The notes below the pieces were generated by a model, which ran no database searches, was not told where the DNA came from, and saw nothing but the letters and a program-made list of their open reading frames with translations. A program made the translations under genes and the position numbers. Shown piece after piece: positions 57,657 to 64,000 of a DNA stretch of 64,000 nucleotides; the first letter of the stretch is position 1; each line of letters opens with the position of its first letter. The DNA is from an uncultured Verrucomicrobiota bacterium (GTDB lineage Bacteria > Verrucomicrobiota > Verrucomicrobiia > Opitutales > Intestinicryptomonadaceae), in NCBI GenBank assembly GCA_949298545.1, contig CASFWX010000079.1, positions 5,624 through 69,623 of the forward strand. The letters are read 5' to 3'.

Positions 57657-58616
57657 ATGAAAATGCACATCACCAATTTTATAGCCATGACATCGCTTGC
57701 CCTTTGCGCGGCATGCACCTGCCAAGACACTGGAAAGCCGGGCTGGGTAAAATATGATAAAAATCCCGTGCTTGGCGGAGGGGATCTCGGGACAATATTC
57801 GACATAGCCGTCTTGAAAGACGGAGATGAATATGAAATGTATTCCTCGTGGAGGCCCAAAAAAGGAATAGCGCTGTCGCGTTCAAAAGACGGAAAAACGT
57901 GGACTCAGCCGGAGCTGGTCCTCAACGGCATACCCGAATCAGACTGGGAGATATTGGTAAACCGCCCCGGTATCTTGAAAAAGGACGGCATCTGGCACAT
58001 GTGGTACACTGGACAAAACCAAAAGAAAAAGATCTCAAAGATAGGCTATGCCACAAGCACCGACGGCGTCCATTTTAAGCGCGTATCCGACAAGCCCGTT
58101 ATGGAAGCTGAAGCCGATTGGGAAAAGCCTTCTGTAATGTGCCCGCACGTCGTATGGGACGATTCGGAAAAGATATTCAAGATGTGGTATTCCGGCGGTG
58201 AAAACTATGAGCCCAATGCCATAGGATACGCGACGAGCAAAGACGGCATAAACTGGAAAAAATATCCCGCCAATCCCATCTTTAAAAATAATCCCGATTT
58301 TAAGTGGGAGCAAGAGCGAACCACCGCCTGCCAAGTGACAAAGCACAAAGACACATGGTATATGTTTTACATAGGCTTTGAGGACGTGCATACAGCCCGC
58401 ATAGGGCTCGCCCGCTCGAAAGACGGCATCGTTTGGGAACGCTATAAGAACAATCCCATAATCGAACCCACTCCGGGAGGTTGGGATTCGGACGCAACTT
58501 ACAAACCCTTTGCCATATTTGACGGCGAGAAATGGCTTCTCTGGTACAACGGAAGGACAAAGCATCTCGAGCGCATAGGCTTGGCGATTCACGAGGGCGA
58601 AGAAATCTTTGAATAA
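57657..58616 (+). CDS. Five-bladed beta-propeller glycosidase-like lipoprotein (GH43/GH130/GH32 superfamily)
   Basis: Lipoprotein-like signal (SLALCAAC). Four repeats of the S(K/T)DGxxW/F blade motif with WYxG/MWY strands. Confidence 0.5.
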   Translation: MKMHITNFIAMTSLALCAACTCQDTGKPGWVKYDKNPVLGGGDLGTIFDIAVLKDGDEYEMYSSWRPKKGIALSRSKDGKTWTQPELVLNGIPESDWEILVNRPGILKKDGIWHMWYTGQNQKKKISKIGYATSTDGVHFKRVSDKPVMEAEADWEKPSVMCPHVVWDDSEKIFKMWYSGGENYEPNAIGYATSKDGINWKKYPANPIFKNNPDFKWEQERTTACQVTKHKDTWYMFYIGFEDVHTARIGLARSKDGIVWERYKNNPIIEPTPGGWDSDATYKPFAIFDGEKWLLWYNGRTKHLERIGLAIHEGEEIFE

Positions 58617-58654
58617 GCTTCAAGCTTGCATTGCTTTTAGACCATTTAGAAGCG

Positions 58655-58686
58655 GAGGGGGATTTTTAAATCCCCCCTCATTTTAT
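58655..58686 (+). terminator. Terminator-like hairpin after the beta-propeller gene
   Basis: GAGGGGGATTT-tt-AAATCCCCCCTC followed by ATTTTA. Confidence 0.55.
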
Positions 58687-58811
58687 AGCAGGTAAAATCT
58701 TGCCTTCCATTGCAAAACCGCCAAACAGCCGATTTATTCAAGCCGAGACGCTCAAACGCTTTGCATGCAAACGCAGCTAGTGCATGCATCAAACTCCAAT
58801 AATATTTTTTA

Positions 58812-58852
58812 TAAAAAAAATAAAAAAATCCGCGGGCAGTTTCCGCGGATTT
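58812..58852 (-). terminator. Rho-independent terminator of the SGNH hydrolase gene
   Basis: AAATCCGCGG-gcagttt-CCGCGGATTT. The minus strand continues with TTTTTATTTTTTTT. Lies 8 nt after the stop. Confidence 0.7.
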
Positions 58853-58859
58853 AATAATT

Positions 58860-59543
58860 TTACTTTGAAGATTTAATAGCGTCCTCGAATACTTTTTCCA
58901 TAACTTTGTATCCCATCTCGTTCGGGTGCACGCCGTCGGGCTTGCCGTCCTTGTTAACGCGCGCATATTCGGCCTTTAAGCCCTCATTTTCGTCCACGAG
59001 CGGAGTATAGTAATCGACATACAGGAAATTATTATCTTCTGCGAACTTTTTAAGCATTTCATTGAGCTTTTTCACTTTCGAAGAAGGATTTTCAGGCTTC
59101 CAAAACCTGTTTGCCGGAAGCGCTGAACAGATTATAGGCTCTATTCCGTTTGCGCGGGCGATATCGCACATTGCCACTATATTTTCAAACGTCTTTTCAA
59201 GGGCGATAGGCCCCTGGTTCCCGGCTATGTCGTTTATTCCGCCCAATATCGCAACCTTCTTGGGAGAAAGTTTAACCACGTCGTCGCGGAAGCGAAGAAG
59301 CATCTGGCTCGTCACTTGTCCGGATATGCCGCGCCCGACATAGTTGTTCTTCTGAAAGAATGCGCCGAAACGGTTTCCCCAAACGTCGGTTATTGAATCC
59401 CCCATGAACACTATTTCAGGTGATTTTTTTATTTCAGAATTCGCTTTTGCGTACCTGCCGTAATTTGCCCACGACTGCCCTTGCAAGGCAAAAGGGGCGA
59501 GAGACATTAAAATGACCGAAATATACAAGAAAAACTTTTTCAT
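58860..59543 (-). CDS. SGNH/GDSL hydrolase family esterase, secreted
   Basis: Signal peptide MKKFFLYISVILMSLAPFALQG, block I FMGDSITDVWG, GINDIAG, and a C-terminal DGVHPN. Start chosen at M71 of the track ORF. Confidence 0.8.
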   Translation of the reverse strand: MKKFFLYISVILMSLAPFALQGQSWANYGRYAKANSEIKKSPEIVFMGDSITDVWGNRFGAFFQKNNYVGRGISGQVTSQMLLRFRDDVVKLSPKKVAILGGINDIAGNQGPIALEKTFENIVAMCDIARANGIEPIICSALPANRFWKPENPSSKVKKLNEMLKKFAEDNNFLYVDYYTPLVDENEGLKAEYARVNKDGKPDGVHPNEMGYKVMEKVFEDAIKSSK

Positions 59544-59810
59544 AGTATTTGAGTAAGCTCGAGAGATAGAATAGTCAAACAAAATGCCTTCCGCTTTTTT
59601 CGCATAATATCCACACCGGGGAATCCGACAAAGAATTCCCTCAAGACCCGCCAGAAATTTACCCATGCCCGGTTTCTCCGCACAAAACCTCCACGGAACG
59701 GATATCGGAAACCACACTCCCCAATAAAAACAAAATCGGCACAAATCAAACATAGGAAATGCGGAAAATTTTTAGATTCGCCCTGATTGCAGCTTGCCTC
59801 CGCCAAAGCA

Positions 59811-59840
59811 AATAAAAAAGCCCCACTTTTGCAGCGGGGC
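59811..59840 (-). terminator. Terminator-like hairpin after pnp
   Basis: Minus strand reads GCCCC-gctgcaaaagt-GGGGC followed by TTTTTTATTTG. Confidence 0.55.
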
Positions 59841-59870
59841 GCTTTTAGGAAGAAATGCGTTTTTCAAATC

Positions 59871-62108
59871 CTATTCGCAGTCTTCGCGCCGGCGGTCCTC
59901 GTCGTCTCCGCGCTCGCGGCGGAAACGGCGGTCTCCCCTGTCCCCGCCACGCGGCTTTTCGTCGCGCGGCCTCGGCTCGTAGGGAATTCCCTGCTGCTCG
60001 CAAAGAGCAGCGCGGCGCGACAGGCGCACCCTGCCCTTGTCGTCCACTCCGATGCACTTTACGAGAATCTCGTCGCCGAGCTTGCAGACGTCTTCAGTCT
60101 TGTTAACGCGGAAATCAGCGAGCTCGGAAATGTGCACCAAGCCTTCCTTTCCGGGAAGACATTCGACGAACGCCCCAAACTCCTTTATAGAACGGACAAT
60201 CCCGCGGTAGGTTTTCCCGACCTCAATCTCGCCAGTCACGAGCTCAACTTCCGAAACCGCCCTGTTCATGCTCTCGGCACTCTTGGCGTATATCAGAACG
60301 CGCCCGGGATTGTCGTCGTCTACGTCGATATCCGCTCCAGAAACCTCTACAATGCGGCGGATATTCTTGCCTCCGGGACCTATGAGCATGCCTATCTTTT
60401 CGGGATCTATCTGCATGATTTTTATTCTCGGCGCGCAGGGCTTGAGATCCTTGTTGGGCTCTGCTATCGCCTCTTTCATTATTCCGAGAATCTTCATGCG
60501 GACCTCGCGGTTGCGAAGGATTGCCTCGCGGGCGATATCGGCGGGCAGCCCCTCGATTTTGAGGTCGAGCTGGAAGCCGGTTATGCCGTTTTTCGTGCCG
60601 CAAATTTTAAAGTCCATGTCTCCATAGTGGTCTTCGGCTCCGATAATGTCGGTGAGAACCACGTGTTTTGTTATTTTTCCGCTTTCGTCCTTGCGCGTGA
60701 CCAGCCCGCAGCTTATGCCCGCCACGGGCGTGCGGATTGGAACACCGGCGTCCATGAGGCTCAGGCAGCCGCCGCATACGGACGCCATAGATGTAGATCC
60801 GTTGGACTCCATAATTTCCGAAACCACGCGTATCGCGTACGGGAATTCGTCCTCGGAGGGAAGCACCGGGAGCAAGGAGCGCTCCGCGAGCGCGCCGTGG
60901 CCGATCTCCCTGCGCCCCGGAGACCCGAAGCGACCAGTCTCACCGACCGAATACGGCGGAAAATTATAGTGGAGAATGAAAGACTTTTCTTTCGTTCCGC
61001 CGGTGAGCCCGTCCAATTCCTGGAAATCCCGGCTTGTCCCGAGAGTGGTAATAACCATCGCCTGAGTCTCGCCGCGAGTGAATATCGCGCTCCCGTGAAC
61101 CCGCGGAAGAACGCCCGTGCGGCAGGATATTGGGCGCAAATCCACAAATGTCCTGCCGTCGCAGCGCTTGCCGGCATCGAGTATATTGTCGCGGTACACC
61201 TCCTCCTGGAGAACCTCAAATGCCATCTTGACGTGCGCAAGATCGAACTTTTCCTCGCCGACCTTCGATTTTACGACTTCTGCAGTTTCGTTCATCAGCG
61301 CGTCGACGTCCGCCTGGCGCTTTAGCTTCTCGTTTTGGAATACCGCCTCCAAAAGCCTTCCGCCCACATATTCTTTGCACATATCCAGGATCTCCGGAGG
61401 GCATACGATTAGCGGGAATTCGCGCTTTTGCTTCCCGCAAAGGCGCGCAAGCTCCCTCTGGGCGCCTATAATTTTCTGTATTTGCTCTTGCGCAAAAGCG
61501 AGAGCCTCTATGAAGCGCTCTTCCGGATACTCTTCGGCGGACCCTTCTATCATCATCATCTCGCGCTCGTTGCCGACGTAGACGAGGTCGAGTATCGAAT
61601 CCTGCATTTGTTCGTGGGTCGGGTTGACGATGAACTTTCCGTCTATCTCGCCCAGCCTCACACAACCAATGGGGCCGTTCCACGGTATGTCGGATATCAG
61701 CAGCGCCGCGCTTGCCCCGTTTACCATGAGAACGTCGGGATCGTGAACCATGTCCGCCGAGAGCAATAGCCCTATTATCTGAACCTCGTTCATAAACCCT
61801 TTCGGGAAAAGCGGGCGCAAAGGCCTGTCGCACTGGCGGGAAGTTAAAATTTCCTTTTCGCTGGGCCTGCCCTCGCGCTTGAAATATCCTCCGGGAAATC
61901 TTCCCGCGGAGGAAAATGTCTCGCGGTAGTCGACCGTCAGAGGGAAAAAGTCCTGGCCGTCGCGAAGCGCGCCGGCCGCGGTGGCAGTCACGAGCAGATT
62001 CGTCTCTCCGAGACTTATGACGACCGAACCGTTGGCCTGTTTGGCAATGTCGCCGGTCGATATTTTTATTCCGAGGTCGGGGACCTCTACGCTGAATTTC
62101 TGTTCCAT
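59871..62108 (-). CDS. pnp: Polyribonucleotide nucleotidyltransferase (PNPase) with Arg/Asp/Glu-rich C-terminal tail
   Basis: Two RNase PH domains, KH and S1 domains ([19 protein letters not shown]). 745 aa, downstream of rpsO. Confidence 0.95.
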   Translation of the reverse strand: MEQKFSVEVPDLGIKISTGDIAKQANGSVVISLGETNLLVTATAAGALRDGQDFFPLTVDYRETFSSAGRFPGGYFKREGRPSEKEILTSRQCDRPLRPLFPKGFMNEVQIIGLLLSADMVHDPDVLMVNGASAALLISDIPWNGPIGCVRLGEIDGKFIVNPTHEQMQDSILDLVYVGNEREMMMIEGSAEEYPEERFIEALAFAQEQIQKIIGAQRELARLCGKQKREFPLIVCPPEILDMCKEYVGGRLLEAVFQNEKLKRQADVDALMNETAEVVKSKVGEEKFDLAHVKMAFEVLQEEVYRDNILDAGKRCDGRTFVDLRPISCRTGVLPRVHGSAIFTRGETQAMVITTLGTSRDFQELDGLTGGTKEKSFILHYNFPPYSVGETGRFGSPGRREIGHGALAERSLLPVLPSEDEFPYAIRVVSEIMESNGSTSMASVCGGCLSLMDAGVPIRTPVAGISCGLVTRKDESGKITKHVVLTDIIGAEDHYGDMDFKICGTKNGITGFQLDLKIEGLPADIAREAILRNREVRMKILGIMKEAIAEPNKDLKPCAPRIKIMQIDPEKIGMLIGPGGKNIRRIVEVSGADIDVDDDNPGRVLIYAKSAESMNRAVSEVELVTGEIEVGKTYRGIVRSIKEFGAFVECLPGKEGLVHISELADFRVNKTEDVCKLGDEILVKCIGVDDKGRVRLSRRAALCEQQGIPYEPRPRDEKPRGGDRGDRRFRRERGDDEDRRREDCE

Positions 62109-62221
62109 TGTGTCTATTCTCTTTCTTCTTTATTTTGCCGCATTACGGATGGGACGTCTCTGGCGGCGTTCGCGTTTCCCGGAATTCTCCCAAGCGGATT
62201 TTCCAGAAAAAAATGACTATT

Positions 62222-62258
62222 TATAAAAAACAAAAGGACATCGGGCGCCCCGATGTCC
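62222..62258 (-). terminator. rpsO terminator / rpsO-pnp intergenic hairpin
   Basis: GGACATCGGG-cgc-CCCGATGTCC (62236-62258). The minus strand continues with TTTTGTTTTTTATAA. Confidence 0.75.
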
Positions 62259-62278
62259 TATCGGCAAGGGACTGCAAG

Positions 62279-62551
62279 CTATTTGCGGAGCTTGAGCCTC
62301 GATATGAGGTCGTTGTACCTTTCAAGAGAGTTCTTCTTGAGATAATCGAGAAGCTTCCTGCGGCGGCTCGTCATCGCCAAAAGCCCGCGGCGCGAATGGA
62401 AGTCTTTCTTGTTCGACGAGAGGTGCTCTGTGAGATGGGCTATGCGCGCAGTGAGAAGCGCTACCTGAACCTCGCAAGACCCAGTATCCTTGTCTCCAAG
62501 GGCATATTCTTTTATTATATCAGCCTTATTGGCTATCGCATGTTTGGACAT
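62279..62551 (-). CDS. rpsO: 30S ribosomal protein S15
   Basis: [21 protein letters not shown]...HSRRGLL...RRKLLDYL. 90 aa. Confidence 0.95.
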   Translation of the reverse strand: MSKHAIANKADIIKEYALGDKDTGSCEVQVALLTARIAHLTEHLSSNKKDFHSRRGLLAMTSRRRKLLDYLKKNSLERYNDLISRLKLRK

Positions 62552-62994
62552 TTGTCTTTCTTTCTAATCGCGCGAATTTTCGGATTTGACGCCCGTCAAA
62601 CCGCGCACCCAGCAACCCGCCGGACGCGCCGTCTCAAACTTTCAATACAAAAGAAAGTTTCGCGGAACGAACCGCGCATATCCCCGTTTTCACCGAAATA
62701 CCGCAGACGCTCTGACGCATTATCCTTTCATAATTACCCTATGCCTCCTTTAAATCAAGCATTTTTGCATCTACATGCCAAAAAGAATCTATTGTGTCCC
62801 GCGCATTTAGTTTCAGCGCCACTATTTTCATTTAAAACATTAAACGCTTCAGATCCGCAACAAACCGCAAGCCATTCAAGCGCCCGATAAAATCCAATGC
62901 GCCAAGCTCACCTGCCTCAGCTCTCACAAGCCTCACCAGCCTCATAAGATTAAGCCAGCGCCTCGGCGCAGGAAAAGTTTAAAGCTCTAAAACT

Positions 62995-64000
62995 TTAAAA
63001 CTTATCCTTTTCAAGAAGATTTTGGGCGTGCTCGTCAAATTTATCGAGAGTTTCAGCGCAACTTTCGTTCCCATTCTGAGCGCCGAGAGCATAGATAAAT
63101 TTTGCGCGCTCCATGTCGGAAACCCCGTAGTCCCCGCGTATATAGCTGTCTGCCACGCGGCGGTAGGAGACTTTCTTCATGCTCTGGAAATTTGAGAGCC
63201 ACTTTTCCGCCTCGGCAGGATTTTTCTCGACGCCTATTCCCCTCGAATAAATATACGACAGCCTTTCGGCGGCCATGGGATATCCCATTTTGGCTGCCTT
63301 CTTCAGAAGCTCCACACCCGCTTCGGGATCCTTTTCGCACTCTATTCCGAAAATTTTAAAATTCCCGAAGACATAAGCGGGGAAAGGATAATCCGGCCAT
63401 AATTTTGCATACTTTTCCACTGCGGCAGCAGCTTTTTTGAAATCGCGGAACTTCGGGTTTAAAGTGTAAAGCGAATAGAGAGACTCCAAATGGCTTTGCA
63501 ACGGCGCATTCTCTACGGCAAAAAGCAACCATTCCTCATAGAGCTTCCTGTCCATCCCCAAAAAGCCATCGTAACGGTAAAGATTGGCGACTGCGATCGC
63601 AGAATCTATATTTATGGGGCTTACGTTTTTAAGCATCGTGCGCCTCAAATCATCGCGCATCTTCGCGGCCTTTGCGGGATCCGCAGGAACGCCTATTCCG
63701 CGTTCTGTGCAAAACGCAAGAGCCTCCATCGCCCTGACCGTCACCCAGTATACATAAGGCTTGCCACTGGCTTTTTCAAAAAACGCGTACGCTTTTTCGG
63801 GCGACTTTTCCGTCCCCCTTCCGTTCAAGTGGCAGAATGCCAGCTTTAAGTATAGATCCACCCTCTCACGATTGGTCAAATTGCCCTTCAAAAGCTCTTC
63901 CGCGCGGCATAATGAGTCAAAATACTTTTTATCGTCCTTGGCTTTGCCATTGGCGTATATATTTATTAGATCAAAAATGTGAATGCTATCCTCCTCTATC
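62995..64000 (-). CDS. Sel1-like repeat (SLR/TPR) protein, 5' end outside the window
   Basis: Repeated xAxxWyxKAAxxGxxxA-type units (AERLSYIYSRGIGVEKNPAEAEKWL and others). The reading frame stays open upstream of the track's TTG start all the way to position 64000. Confidence 0.7.
   Translation of the reverse strand, partial: IEEDSIHIFDLINIYANGKAKDDKKYFDSLCRAEELLKGNLTNRERVDLYLKLAFCHLNGRGTEKSPEKAYAFFEKASGKPYVYWVTVRAMEALAFCTERGIGVPADPAKAAKMRDDLRRTMLKNVSPINIDSAIAVANLYRYDGFLGMDRKLYEEWLLFAVENAPLQSHLESLYSLYTLNPKFRDFKKAAAAVEKYAKLWPDYPFPAYVFGNFKIFGIECEKDPEAGVELLKKAAKMGYPMAAERLSYIYSRGIGVEKNPAEAEKWLSNFQSMKKVSYRRVADSYIRGDYGVSDMERAKFIYALGAQNGNESCAETLDKFDEHAQNLLEKDKF

Noticed and set aside
59787-61325. 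512-aa plus-strand ORF antisense to pnp. Similar long antisense ORFs occur in uxuA, uxaC, argF, argJ, topB, gfo, leuA and the Nramp-like gene.
   Set aside because: These ORFs are codon-aligned mirrors of well-supported genes. Their translations are Arg/Ala/Pro/Ser-rich and low in information. They have no independent start or RBS context. Codon bias of the sense genes explains them.
62552-62994. 260-aa plus-strand ORF (62108-62890) and CCTCA-rich quasi-repeats (about 62905-62945) in the rpsO upstream gap.
   Set aside because: The ORF runs antisense through rpsO and its terminator. The quasi-repeats are short and imperfect, and I could verify no structure or coding signal.

Overview
I found no mobile element, CRISPR array, integrase/transposase, toxin-antitoxin pair or recognisable defence system, and no single standout novel system. 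This 64 kb window looks like an ordinary, gene-dense chromosomal region of about 50 CDS plus one tRNA. Gene content suggests a PVC-group bacterium (Lentisphaerae/Verrucomicrobia/Kiritimatiellae-like): a roughly 52-aa small basic protein, many prepilin-type pseudopilins, an exosortase-family protein and HpnCDE-type squalene genes. This taxonomic call is an inference. Recognisable blocks in window order: a truncated ABC-F ATPase; an SsuABC/TauABC-like ABC importer; a gspG-H-I-J-K pseudopilin operon; ispH; panD; topB; purB-tgt plus a three-domain acyl-activating/carrier/acyltransferase gene; and nagB. These are followed by leuA; an argJ-B-D-F-G operon ending in ugd; rpsB-tsf; a 7-gene hexuronate operon (uxaC...uxuA-lacI); carbohydrate-active enzymes; tRNA-Asn; a squalene operon (hpnC, fused hpnD-hpnE, hpnG-like); a divergent GAF/AAA+ regulator; and rpsO-pnp. 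The leads most worth a second look are: (1) the hpnD-hpnE fusion; (2) its neighbouring enhancer-binding-protein homologue, which lacks the GAFTGA loop and the Walker B glutamate; (3) an Nramp-fold transporter with its metal-binding motif erased, inside the hexuronate operon; (4) an orphan promoter/terminator pair in a 616-bp AT-rich gap beside the exosortase; (5) an intrinsic terminator directly in front of ispH. All functional calls come from reading the translated ORFs and motifs by eye; no searches were run.
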